64,000 bases of DNA from Octopus vulgaris (GCA_951406725.2 OX597818.1:19344001-19408000), one strand, 5' to 3'; positions 1-12,933 are shown, counted from the first letter of the stretch. Numbers and translations are program-made. The notes: generated by a model not told the origin, from the letters alone.

Positions 1-174
1 CAGTTCCTTGGTTTTGTGTTTATGTTTTCGTTTCTCATTGTGTTCGACGTTTTTTTTGGTGTCCTGTACCCATATATGCATGTATATATACATGTAGATG
101 TAGGTACGTACATATATGTATGTATATATGCATATGTTTTATTTATTAATTTGTTATTACATATATATACATAT

Positions 175-248
<74 letters not shown>

Positions 249-249
249 C

Positions 250-328
250 CGCCATGATTGACCGCTAGCCCCAAAAGTTTTTTTTTATTCCCTCTATTTC
301 CTCGTGTTCCTTTCTGTTGAAGAGCGTA
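250..328 (+). mobile_element. Truncated copy of Penelope-like non-autonomous element (CUGUUGA hammerhead family)
   Basis: gccatgattgaccgctagccc...cctttctgttgaagagcgta matches 31035-31116 and 18136-18155; cut off by a SINE-A fragment. Confidence 0.55.
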
Positions 329-392
329 AAAGTCGGAATAAATGCTGTTAAGTATTTTTTTCGGCGCGTTAACGATTCTGCCAGCTCGCTGT
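325..392 (-). mobile_element. SINE-A 5' fragment
   Basis: Reverse complement of the head cagcgagctggcagaatcgttaacgcgccg shared with 20800 and 49497. Confidence 0.6.
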
Positions 393-1154
393 CAATGACT
401 CTAAAATATTGCCAAAAGAGAAAAGGTAGTTAGGATATTTAAATGTGCTGGTCATCTTTGATTCAAGTTTCATGTGATCAGTGATTCCGAGCCATTTTGC
501 TCGTATTTATGTATCGAACTGCTAAAGATATCCCAAGATTTTATTTAAAAAATAAAATTTTTTTTTCATTAGTGAACTCGTGGTGTTATTAATGAAGTGA
601 AATATGTTTACCTTAATTATATGAATTGAAAATGATGGTAAAATGAATTTGAAAAAAATATATATTTGTTAATGGCGATTACAAATGTCGGGTTGACAGG
701 AAATTGAGGTCATTTTAAAGATTCGCATCACTGCAAGGAATACTTCGTCTCGTTTCTTAATACCAGTCAATATTCTTTACTTCGTGTGTATTCAAGATTA
801 GCCACAACATACACACGCGCGCGCGCACAACACATTCATACACATACAAATATATATAGCTTAATGACGAGCCATCTACGCACTAATATGTAAATTAAGC
901 TATACACTACGGTAATAGCTTCCTTGTTTTCTGCCAACGACCGGGTTCGCTTTGCTGGTGGTCGAAATTGGATATGCAATCTATGTGGGTGTGTTTTCAG
1001 AACATTGTCTGCTTTAAAAAACCCACATCAAATACCATGAGGGTTCTAAGGTGTAGATACAGGGGGTGGTCAAACTCTGCATAAGGAGTAGACAACCACC
1101 ATGTAAAATATACATAATTGTTACATACAAATCTTTAGTAAACGACTAGAAATC

Positions 1155-1320
1155 TAGGGGTAGTCGATTACATCGACTCAGAACTCGACTGATATTTATT
1201 TTAACGATCACAATAGGAACCAAAGACAAAGTCGACCTTGGCCGCCATTTGAACTCAGAATGGTAAAGATCCGGAAAAAAAGCCACTATGCATTTTAGCC
1301 GGCACGGTGACCAGTGAATA
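1155..1320 (-). mobile_element. SINE-A, diverged
   Basis: gtcgattacatcgac...caaagtcgacc...tttgaactcagaa matches the SINE-A core in reverse. Confidence 0.65.
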
Positions 1321-1342
1321 GATTTCACTGTAAATATATATA

Positions 1343-1599
1343 TATTTGAGAAGGCTAGACAGGCATCTCAACTAGCAGGTCGCACTATCCTGGACTGATG
1401 ACGGGTAAGACCCAGAAACATGAATGTTTTCAGGTGTGAATCCCAGCTGGTGGGGGTGCTTGCCTCCCCTTCGCAAATATAAGAACACAGGAAATCTGTC
1501 AAAGCCGACAGGAAGCGTCGATGCTTCCTAGGGCTAAACAGCGGTGGTGTAATTCCCTTACGGGACTGTCACGTTATGTTATGTTGACAGTATACAACC

Positions 1600-1600
<1 letters not shown>
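1343..1600 (+). mobile_element. Hammerhead-containing ~255-bp element (retrozyme/Penelope-like), copy 1
   Basis: Colinear with the reverse complement of 32683-32937 from tttg..gctagac to gttgacagtatacaac; contains a hammerhead. Confidence 0.75.
1389..1434 (+). ncRNA. Type I hammerhead ribozyme motif
   Basis: cctgga-CTGATGA-c-gggt(aag)accc-a-GAAA-ca(tgaa)tg-T-T-ttcagg: stems I, II, III all form; predicted cleavage GUU after 1428. Confidence 0.75.
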
Positions 1601-1671
<71 letters not shown>

Positions 1672-1699
1672 TATCGTGGTCGATAAAATAATATATATT

Positions 1700-1780
<81 letters not shown>

Positions 1781-2272
1781 CATATATATACAGATATATA
1801 TGTATGTGTATATATATAATTGTGTTTTTGTACGTGTACATGTATGCTAAGTGTACACATACACACACACAACACGAAAGTATGTATGTGTATATGCCCA
1901 CTTGTGCATACTTACGACAAGTTAGCTATTAAAGGCTAGCATTTCTCTAATTTTGATGTGTCAGGAGTGAACGCGATTACGTGTTGGAGAGGAAAGTGGG
2001 ACAATTCCTTAAAATAACAGGTGGCCGTACCCTCTTACAGTTGTCATTAGATCTGACTTTCCGTTCTTAGAAAGAAAAAGTCAGTTTTCAAAAACTTGAC
2101 ACGACCGTCTTGGGTAGCTTAGTTCGTCTACATAGAACCAAAATTTATACAAAGACCCAGAAAAAATTTAATGTGTGTGTATTTTCTTCTGTAAGATTTA
2201 GTGTAAACCACCGTTTTGAAATTGAGATGTGAATGTGTTGCTGTCTTTGAGTAAGTGAGGGAGGGAAGGAAG

Positions 2273-2274
<2 letters not shown>

Positions 2275-2339
<65 letters not shown>

Positions 2340-2376
2340 GGATGGATAGATAGACAGACAGACAGACAGATAGACA
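2275..2376. repeat. (GATA)n/(GACA)n microsatellite
   Basis: Direct reading. Confidence 0.95.
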
Positions 2377-2577
2377 AACAGAGAGCGAGAGGTATGAAGA
2401 GAGAAAGAAATGTATAGAGAGGCAAATAGATATGTATGTATAAATGTATTGTGTGTGCGTGTGTATGTATGTATGAATGCTGGTATGTGTATATGTATGT
2501 ATGAATGTATGTGTGCGTGCATGTATGTATGCATGTATGTATGTGTGTGCGTGTATGTATCATGTGTGTATGTATGT

Positions 2578-3030
2578 CATTATTCAGTTTATTTCAAGTT
2601 TTCTTGCCAATAGAGAAAGAACCAGTTTCTAACCTAGATCCAAGGCTCCTTCATTGGAATTTCAACATCAGCAATAGGGTATTTTTGTTTGCTTGTATGT
2701 ATGTATTATGTATGTTTGTATTTTTTTATGTATGTATGTATGTATTTATTTATGTAAGTGCAGATTTGTATGTTTTATGTATGTATTCTCATGCATATAG
2801 TTGCATATATAGACATGCTCATGTATATTTAAATAATAAATTTCTGGAAAGTTTTACAGATTTTTACATTCCAGTGATGGATTGGATCTGTAGTCTTTGA
2901 ATTAGCTTTCTCCTTTCTGGTTTTGACAAGCCAAATTTCTCAAGATTGGTATTTAGGCAGTGTGTTACATATCCCAGGACCCCAATAATTACAGGTATAA
3001 ATCTGAACTTCTAATCTGGATAGTTCAGCA
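2578..3030 (-). mobile_element. 3' fragment of an RLE-type (R2/R4/NeSL-like) non-LTR retrotransposon, pseudogenised
   Basis: Minus-strand translation YPD*KFRFIPVIIGVLGYVTHCLNTNLEKFGLSKPERRKLIQRLQIQSITG[frameshift]VKICKTFQKFII* resembles the 'IPIVIGALG...LQ...GT' C-terminus of RLE elements; followed by a 3' UTR ending in (CATA)n. Confidence 0.7.
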
Positions 3031-5239
3031 TAGGTGTTCTCTTTTTCACTGATCTGTCTGTCTGTAGGTATGTATTTATCATGTAAAGTACGTATGTATG
3101 TATATATGTATATATATGTGTATGTTTGTAATGTATGTATGTGTATATGTGTGTGTAATGTATGTATGTGTATATGTATGTATGTATGTATGTATAATGT
3201 ATGTATGTATGTATGTATAATGTATGTATGTATGTATGTGCGTATGTATGTATGTATGTATGTGTGTAAGTATGTATGTATGTATGTATGTATGTATGTA
3301 TGTATCTGAATGACAATAGAATTTATTTATAGCGTTCCTATGAAGAAGGAAGTTAAAGTAGATACAAAGTCGCCTGTAGACCATTGTAAAATGTTGGTTG
3401 GTTCTAGAAATTGCTCATGCACCCGGACATCCGTAAATGCGTCTGCACACAGACACACATATCCAGGTACAAGCACGTGCACACACACACACACACACAC
3501 ACACATGCACATATAATTTCGGATCTGGATAGCATAACATTTTCGATGTTGGAATGCTGTTCCAAAGAAATTTCTAGACATTTGTGAATTTGGGTTTGAA
3601 GAAGAAAATAACTAATATATTATATGTATCGTGTTAGTTAACCTGAATATCTTTCTTCTTTTTGCGGCTTTTGGGAGTGGTAGTGGTGGAGCGACTATAC
3701 AAATAACATTGCTCTGAAACTACCTACTACTTACTCATCTGGTTGGCTATAGTCGTCTCTAGTTCTTAGAGAAGGTTCTGGAAACACTATCTTACCTAAT
3801 GTAGCATTCGTGAAATGTTTATCATATATTTCTTGGCAGTAAGCTATAGAGAAGCAAGCTTACATCACCCTGCCCCTAACCATTGAATGTTGGTTTTCAG
3901 GTATGTTCGCTACTTCTTTATCTTAATCCGTTCTCGTTTATGCACTATTCTCGTATATTCTTCTTCGGCAATAACCAAACCTTGAATATATTTATATATA
4001 CAACACTAGAATGTATGAACAACTGGAATCTACCACGTTGTCTTATTAGCATGGAAGCCCAGTTTTGAAAGAAATTTTAATTCACTAATTTAAATTCTTC
4101 TGGTGTCTGTTACGAATTTTTAAATTTTGTTATTGATTCTTTGATTTTATATGATTTTTTTTAATAGAAATTTAATTTTGTTTTGTATCTAAAAATTCGT
4201 AAATATTTATATATGGATGAAATTATTATTCTAAGTGCTAGCATGTTTTACAAAGGAGATATCAGCTGTGATGTTAAGATATAGTTGTAAATCGAATCAA
4301 ACATTACTGATGGTAACAAAACTATGTGTCATTTATTAATCTGCTCAGTCCGGTATTATATAAATTTTACAAGTGTATGACAGTTTCATTTTTAATCTTT
4401 TTGGAGAAAAGAGGTAATCTTATTTCTGGATAGGGTATCAGCTTTTCGCATATAACTTTTTCACAGGTTCCGGAGTGAAGTGTGTTTAGTCATTTATCCG
4501 AACCGGACACACACCAAAGATGCCGCGTGCAGATCTGAACTCACATGATCTGGTAGTGCAAAACTATATCCACTCGTCCATTTATCTTTGATGAGCTCTG
4601 GTTTAGATCAAACAGGTATCAATTCTATCTCTCGCCTTTCAGTGTCGATACAATAAATACCAATAACTTTCTAGAGCCATAAATCAACTTTGTGCTAATA
4701 TATTAAACTGAACATTAATACCAGAAAATGTCTTCTCTGCTGTTGTTGAAGAAGTAGTGGAGGTGTCTATATTTTTCTTAGACTCTTCAAATTTCAAACA
4801 TTAGGATTAGTTTAGCAGCGAGATATTAACAGGATTAAATTTCACTTTTTAAATCCATATAAGTTTGTGATGTAATAACAAGCTTAAGAAGGAAAACAGT
4901 TGTTTGCTTAGTTCTCACGTTTTGCTGTCAAATTTTGTTGTTGACGTTTCAGCTTTGGCAACAGTCTCTGTCATTGAAGTATTTTCTAAATTCAGTTACC
5001 TTTGCCCTTTTTAAACCCTAGTGGCCCCTTTCACGTTATGGCATTTTATAAACGCTCTCTCTCCTCACGATTAAAAAAAAAAGGTAAACATTGCCCCCAA
5101 AACACACACATTTTCACATACACACAGTCCTACCTACATACCAACACACATATACAAATACAAAATACACATACACACGCCCACAGACAAACATACACGT
5201 CCATACATAAATTCATACAGAGAGACACGTACACACACA

Positions 5240-5480
5240 CATACATGCATACACACATACATACATACATACATACATACATACATACATACATACATAC
5301 ATACATACACATACATACATACATACATACATACATACATACATACATACATACATACATACATACGTACATACGTACGTACATACGTACATACATACCT
5401 ACATACATACATACATACATACATACATACATACATACATACATACATACATACATACATACATACATACATACATACAT
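5240..5480. repeat. (CATA)n microsatellite
   Basis: Direct reading. Confidence 0.95.
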
Positions 5481-6260
5481 CCCATATATACATACGCATA
5501 CATATATATTTGAATCAAACGGAAGCTAATTTCGTGCTGTAAATGTATTACCCTATCTACCATGTTCTTCTCTTTAGGTATTTCCATGAACTTGTGTTCC
5601 CTGTATTAAATTTTGACGCAAATTTCCAAATAAGTCAAGGATTTATTAACGAAATTATATTGGATCTTAGCGCATCATTAATCATGTTTTCTCCTCACCG
5701 ACAACACAGTGTCTTACTCGTATTTTGATGCTGAGAAAGGTTTTTTTTTAAGGATATGTTTCAAATATTTGCTTTCTGAGAAATATCATGAAGTCTCTAA
5801 ACACACAGTACTTCTGCCTCCGAAAAATTTTTCACCCTTTTGTAAGCTCGTAAAATCCTCCAAGTGGATGCCATCGCCCAGGTTATGAACCCCAATCAGT
5901 TGGAGTATGCACCTGAAGAATCCATGTTACAAAACGATTGGTCAGTTTTATAGACTAATTAATTATGTATCATAAGTTTATTGGTTTGATTAATATGCAT
6001 ATGTGTGGCTGCTGTTTAGCTTTAAAACACAAGATTAACTCCAGGTAAAGTAAAATCACAATCCAGTTTCAGTTCCCACTTGTACCTGATTTATTTCACT
6101 TACCCCATAACATACACATTCCCACATACACACCGTCCTACCTACACCCCTACACACACACATACACACACACACAAATAGAAAATACAAAATACATACA
6201 AACATATATACATATACATACATACATACATATACATATATATATATGTATATATACACA

Positions 6261-6316
<56 letters not shown>

Positions 6317-6701
6317 CATCAAAGACATAAACCACGCAACTTCCTATTTCTTTTCCTCTTAGTGTATAAGTTACCTGTGCAGTGTAAGAAATTATAATAC
6401 TCATGTGTACAATTATATTTGGTATTTGGTAATCCTAGTTGTTGGTAGAATAGGGATCGTTTATTTCCAAAAAGAAAGATGAAGAAAGTAATATGATTAA
6501 CTTAGGAAGTAGAAAACTGAAATTCCCTATGCTTTGCATACATTCTACGTCAGCATTCCTGCATTAACATTCCCTTCAGAATGAAAAAAAAAATATGTAT
6601 ATTCCATTCAAATAAAGAATTGCTATCTTGATGTGTATTACATTCGAATAACAAGTCAATATTTAAAATCTTTTTGCTAATCTTAAAATCTAAGTATAAA
6701 A

Positions 6702-7035
6702 CTTGCTTCGCGACCGCATGGTTCCAGGTTTAGTCCCACTGCGCAGTACCTTGCGGGCAGGTGTCTTCTAGTCGATCAAATCCTTGGTAGACGGAAACTG
6801 AGAGAAGCCTGTCATATATGTGTGTGTGTGTGTGTGTGTGTCCCAACACCACTTGACAACGGGAGTTAGTGTGTTTACGTCCCTGTAACTTAGCGGTTCG
6901 GCAAAATAGACCAACAGAATAAGTGCTAGGCTTAAAATGTGTTCTGGAATCGATCTGTTCGACTAAAGCCCTTTAGGCGGTGCTCCAGCATGGCTGCAGT
7001 CAAAATGACTGAAATAAGTAAAATGTAAAAAGATA
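6702..7035 (+). mobile_element. SINE-B (tRNA-like head, CORE-like accttgggcaagt, internal TA/TG microsatellite)
   Basis: Aligns to 9040-9464. Confidence 0.8.
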
Positions 7036-8304
7036 TAAGACATGACGATGATCTTTTTTATATATTGTCTGAACGTAGTTTTATTTTCGTTTATATTTGA
7101 CGGACTCGTACACTAATTTTATTTTTTTAGTTTTGACTTTGACATGAAATGTTAAAGCTAAAATATGTAGTATATTCAATGTACACTCACGGTGAAAGAA
7201 TATATAATGCGTGTAGGGCAGGAAATGTATAAAATGATGATATCTTGATTAAGACTCTAGAATATATGAACTAATGGAAGTAATTCAACATGTTGGCAAT
7301 TAGGAACGGGATTCCTTAGTGTGTTTAAGAAAATTTTCATCAGATGATTTGCATCTTCTTACGTCAGTTATGAATTTTTTACATTCCTAATTAATTATTT
7401 GATCTTACATGAGCTTGTAGAATTTTACAAATCATCTAATATCTTTCTCAGTTATTAATAGATGAAATTATTCTTGTTCGTGTTAACTACGTTTGCAACA
7501 GATGATAATGACAGTTGAAAATCGAATCAGGAATCGCTGAAAACGACAAAAAGTCGAGCCATTCATCTGTTACGTTGAATCACGTAACATAATTTTTATA
7601 AGAAATTTTATGTGTACTTTTTCTAAATTTTATTAAGAGGAGTTTAGGAATTTTAGTCTATATTAGTAACGCCAGACTGAATGTATTATAGAATCTTGCT
7701 TAGTGCTTGTAAATAAAAGTTATCCTACCATGACTATCAGGATCCATTGATCAGTGCTAAAACTTTATTGGCGGAGGGCCAAATGTCAAACCATTGCAAA
7801 CTATTTTGCTAGAAATTTTCATATTGTTCAAGGAGTAAATTAGCTTATTTAGAGACATGTTGTAAATTTGAACTAATAGACTGTGATCTTGTTGCAAAAG
7901 ATTATATTGTATCATCCAGTTCAACTCCACCATCTTTTTAAGGCTTTAATATAACTTTCGTTGCAGTCAATTTTATTACGATTCCGGGTCGATTAAACAA
8001 ATACAAATAATGTCTTGTAATCACTACTAGGGCTTATATACTTCTATCAACAAAAATAGAAAAAATATCAAAACTTTCGGTCGTACGTATATGAAATTAT
8101 AATAGATACCAGAATTCTCATTTTGTGAATAGAAAAAAAGAAATCAAAGGATTCGGTGTGATTGTTCATATATACTTCTATGTTTGGGATCAGACTGACT
8201 TTGTGAATTTCTGTTGATCCGTGATTCAATGGTACACTTAAAAAAGGAAAGCAGTCGACTTAATTTCAGGTCACACAGTAAACATCTGATCGTTAAGTCA
8301 CTGA

Positions 8305-8465
8305 GAGAACCATTTAGTGGTCACTCGACTTGCAAGAAACAGTTGCGAAAATCTTTCTCAAATAACTCGCTATCAACGATACACAATCTAAAAAGCAAAA
8401 TACTGGAATGTCACGCTTTTAGTCATAGATCCATTTGTTCAAAGTTTACCAGAGTATAATCAACA
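8305..8465 (+). mobile_element. SINE-like family D, diverged
   Basis: gtggtcactcgacttgcaagaaacag... similar to 38340, 42855 and 44045. Confidence 0.4.
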
Positions 8466-9039
8466 TTTACGCTGACTATTTTAGCTTTGGTTATAGCCAA
8501 TTATTGTCTTTAGCTCTTTAGCTCTTTAGCTATTTTTTAATTGATCCAGTTGTGCGGGTATAACACTCCATGACATAAAGCACTTGATCAGTTGATCAAG
8601 ACGAATTACTCTGTTAATGTTTTGACAGTCTGAGATCATTAGTTAATTAATATTGATTAATATTCAAACGAATGACTAGTGTTTCGCACTGAAGAGCATA
8701 CTCCAGGTAAATTCGGTTCACAACGCACTTTCAATTCCCAGTCTTTCTATTTCGTTCCACCCACATCGCTAATGCTTTTGGCAAAGTAATGAACCTTAAA
8801 ACTTCCCATTTTTTCCTCTCCCTACAGTGTTTGAGCCTATTAAAAAATAACACCCAAGTACATAACTATATTAGGAATCATATTTACCCAAGAATCGCTA
8901 AATAAAGATCAAGGAAAGTAACGTGATTAACACAGAAACTAGTGAGCTGAGATTGTTTATGCTATTGATTTCTGTGTTTGCGTCTGTTCCTTAAATTTCT
9001 CTTTCACAAAGTAATATATGTATTCAATTTAAACAGTTA

Positions 9040-9201
9040 GGCGCAGGAGTGGCTGTGTAGTAAGTAGCTTGCTAACCAACCACATGGTTCCAGGTTCAGT
9101 CCCACTGCGTAGCATCTTGGGCAAGTGTCTTCTGCTATAGCCCCGAGCCGACCAATGCCTTGTGAGTGGATTTGGTAGACGGAAACTGAAAGAAGCCTGT
9201 C

Positions 9202-9255
<54 letters not shown>

Positions 9256-9464
9256 ATGTGTTTGTGTGTCTGTGTTTGTCCCCCTAGCATTGCTTGACAA
9301 CCGATGCTGGTGTGTATACGTCCCCGTTCTTAGCGGTTCGGCAAAAGAGCCCGATAGAATAAGTACTGGGCTTACAAAGAATAAGTCCCGGGGTCGATTT
9401 GCTCGACTAAAGGCGGTGCTCTAGCATGACCGCAGTCAAATGACTGAAACAAGTAAAAGAGTAA
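9040..9464 (+). mobile_element. SINE-B, full length
   Basis: tRNA-like head ggcgcaggagtggctgtgt...ggttccaggttcagtccc, cttgggcaagtgtc, internal (TA)n(TG)n, 3' end aaatgactgaaacaagtaaaagag; more than 10 copies in the window. Confidence 0.9.
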
Positions 9465-9558
9465 TCGATTCCCATATAAAAGTGTTTCGTTCAGATAACG
9501 CATGGAGTCAAATTCATTTCAAGAAAACATTTTAGTAATCTTATAATGTATGCGTGAA

Positions 9559-9852
9559 GGTGCATGGACTAGTGGTTAAGGTGTTGCACTCACAATCACA
9601 AGAACGTGGTTTCGATTCCCAAACTGGCGGTGTGTTGTGTTCTTGAGAAAAACACTTCATTTCCCTTTGCACCAGTCCATTCAGCTGTAAATGGGTAACC
9701 CAACGACGGACTGGTCTTCCTTTCAGCTTGCCTAGCCGGCGGTGGGGGAGGAGGCATTCGAGTGCTACAACAATACGAGGAAGTGCATTGTGACAAGCGG
9801 TGTATAACAACATCCGATTGTCTGGTCGATACAGTGGTAGTCTGTGCACGAA
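9559..9852 (+). mobile_element. SINE-C (tRNA-derived)
   Basis: A-box tggactagtgg, B-box ggtttcgattccc, tgttcttgag..acact, ccagtccattcagctg; similar to 23992 and 43530. Confidence 0.75.
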
Positions 9853-10264
9853 CCCTTTCTTTTCATATTTTACTCAGTGAATTTATAGATAAAATTATTG
9901 TTGATAGTGTCACCGTATTTGAGGTTAAATGATAATGACAGTGAGTCAGAAATTGCTGGTGACATACAAAAATTTGAGTCACTCAATTTATTACATTCAG
10001 TTATATATTAGGATGTTATTTCAACCCAGCATGGCCGTAATTCAGTGAATGAAACAAGTGAAAATATTAAAGATTGAAAAATGACAACACCTTGTTTTAA
10101 TCTTTGCTTATTTCTTTCTATCACAATTCTTTTATTTTGTATAATTCATTCATATTGTTAGCATTAAAGTTACTTCAGTTAATGTAGTAATTTCAATCAT
10201 AAACGACTGTCAGCTTAATTAAATCTGATTTTAATGTAGAAAAGTAACTGTACCTCCATACGTC

Positions 10265-10295
<31 letters not shown>

Positions 10296-10897
10296 TGTAT
10301 GTATGTATGTATGCATGCATGCATGTATATACGTATGTATGTTACAATTTGTAGGCTATAGTTTTACGACAAGGTAGCCGAAATATAGCAGAGGGTTATG
10401 TATTTAGAAAGGGGGTTATAGAGTTGCGACATTTAAGTTCTATTCGTTTAATATTTGTGTGCACTTTATAAAGCTCAACTTGGACCATTTTTGGAATTGC
10501 TTGTCTGAGTGAATCACCACTGACCAATTTTTAAAGTAATTTACTCAAAATATGGTTATTCCATGTGATTGCATTTATTGTAGGTATTAACAAACTCGGA
10601 CAAGGCGGGGTACTGCTGCTAGATCCGATAGTATTTTTTTTAAGGTAGACATTCGGAAACCTTATTCCAAGAATTTCAAAGCCAAAGTAATATGTCGTCA
10701 CATATATTTTATAAATATTTCAGAAGAACAAATCGCACCGTGATCAACCTTGCATTTCAGTCATGTCCATAAAATACGTATAAGTCATGTCTTTATCTTC
10801 CACCAAATTTTAAATATTCTGCCAATATTAGAAATTGTCATAAATATTATGGTTCTACAATATGAACTCAATTGCTAGTATGCTTAACGATATGTAA

Positions 10898-11127
10898 GGC
10901 AGCAAGCTGGCAGAATCGTTAGCACGTCGGGCAAAATCGTTAGCACGCCGGGCAAAATACTTAGCGGCATTTCCCATCATTACGTTCTGAGTTCAAATAC
11001 CATCGGGGTCGGTTTTGCCTTTCATCCTTTCGGAGTCAATAAAATAAGTACCAGTTGAACACTGGAGGTTGATATAATCGACTAACCCCCTCCCCCGAAA
11101 TTGCCGGCCTTGTGCCAAAATTTGAAA
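10898..11127 (+). mobile_element. SINE-A with an internal ~21-bp tandem duplication
   Basis: aatcgttagcacgYcgggcaa occurs twice; core ttttgcctttcatcctttcgg. Confidence 0.85.
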
Positions 11128-11814
11128 TCGCTATGTTTAATGATTTCTCAACGGAAAATTAGTTGGGTATGTAAAAATTCATAAGTGACGTCAGAACTTT
11201 TACTTGTGACAGTTTTTAAATGATAAAATATTTATGATAACAGATGTTCGGCTGCAAATTACATCTTGCTTCTTAAATCCTTTAAAATAAAGTTTCAAAT
11301 TCTACCTTGAAAATTTAACCCTGCTGACCGCCTCTCGTAATCAATATCCAAATATTGATTTCTTCTCTTCTGATACGAGGTCATAAATATGGACTCAAGT
11401 ATATGATTGGTGCTTATTATGTGGATCCCAAAGGAGTGAAAAAAAGTTTATTTTGTTTTGTATTATTCCTCTGAGATCGATAAAATAATTATCGGAAAAG
11501 TATAGACGTTGATTCAATTGATTGTGCTCTTTTCCTACAAATTTTGTGACCTACTTAGAAATATATACATAATAGACATCTAAATAATATTCTAAAACTA
11601 GTCTTAGATTAGCAAAATATTTAATTAAAACATGCTGGATAACTGTATGCACCAAACTTAATTAAGTTGATTTCCAACGCATTTCTACTCAATACTGTTC
11701 ATGTATTTTAAGCAACTTAATCAACATAGGAAATACTGCATCTCAAAGACTGAATTTTATCTTCAGAGCCTGAAAGTATTTTAACCCCCAACATCTACTT
11801 ACTCGCGATGAAGC

Positions 11815-12235
11815 TCAGGTGAGTAATGTTTCTACATCTGGGACAATGGTACAGATACACACACAGACGTGATAGGCGTCATCCAAACAAAATTCACTAA
11901 AACGATTTCATGAAGTTGCTCACAAACTTAGTCTAACTTCTGTCCTAGAAACAATGCCGTCTCCTCTCTTAGTCTGTTCTATCACTGCAATAGTGGTCTC
12001 TCTTTCTTGGAGCTGGCTGATCGCATGCCATTGAACACTCCTATCTCACTACCATTTCCTTCCCTTGATACCCACATTGTGTCCAACTCTCCTTGGTCCT
12101 GCGCTAATTACGACGCCCCATCCCTCCAAGAACAAAAAAACGCTAGCCCTCCGGAATTCTCTGCCTGAAAATGCTTTTCCTACAAATATCCTCTTGCAAC
12201 AGTTTAAACGAAATGTTAGATGTATCAGTTCCATC
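11815..12235 (+). mobile_element. CR1-group LINE 3' end (region after RT), decayed
   Basis: Translations NAVSSLSLFYHCNSGLSFLELA and KTLALRNSLPENAFPTNILLQQFKRNV resemble the 'VASLSLFYRYY..CSSELA' and 'LWNSLP..FP...L..FK' motifs. Confidence 0.65.
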
Positions 12236-12319
12236 GGTCTTGGCAGATTTGCAAAGAACATAAACATCGCCACCCTGCTTCCAACCCAAGCTGGAAGAAA
12301 AACGACAGTTTTAAACTTT

Positions 12320-12500
12320 AGCCAGCAATTTTAGGGGAGGAGTTGAGTGGATTATTATACCAACCCCAGAGCTCCAGAAAGAAAAAAGAGACGGGGGAGA
12401 TGAAAGTGAAGTCAACTTCAGCAGTATTTGAACTCAGATCGTAAATCCAAAAGTAATACCGCGAAGCATTTTGTAGTGGTGTCTTAACGATTCTGCCATC
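12320..12500 (-). mobile_element. SINE-A, diverged
   Basis: gatgaaagtgaagtcaac...tttgaactcaga...ttaacgattctgcca. Confidence 0.6.
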
Positions 12501-12639
12501 TGGAAGTATTGAGCAATTAGTGAAATAATAACAATGATAATCCTTTCAAAATATTGTTGTGAAACACTGTATGAGCATAAATATTCATTTTTATTAAGGG
12601 ATTTTACTTAAAATTTTGGAATAAGTTATTCTTAATTCT

Positions 12640-12842
12640 TTTCTTCTATTCTCTTATTTGCTTCAATCATTTGGCTGCAGCCATGCTGAAGCACCGCCTT
12701 TGGTCGAGCAAATCGACCCCAGGACTTATTCGCTGTAAACCTAGTACTTATTTTATCGGTCTCTTTTGCCGAACTGCTAAGTTACAGGGACGTAAACACA
12801 CCAACATCGGTTGTCATGCGATGGTGGGGTGGAAAAGCACAA

Positions 12843-12846
<4 letters not shown>
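12640..12846 (-). mobile_element. SINE-B 3' half
   Basis: Reverse complement of 9275-9464. Confidence 0.85.

Positions 12847-12933
<87 letters not shown>

Noticed and set aside
5908-5945. CTGAAGA...AAACG possible hammerhead
   Set aside because: No stem II and no G12
7462-7518. Signal-peptide-like MKLFLFVLTTFAT
   Set aside because: Stops after 18 codons and the frame is not preserved in the homologous copies
8610-8655. bantam-like tgagatcatt
   Set aside because: Only about 10 nt match and there is no proper pre-miRNA hairpin
9040-9110. tRNA-like sequences with A/B boxes (also 23992, 43530)
   Set aside because: They are SINE heads continuous with SINE bodies; no complete cloverleaf or terminator
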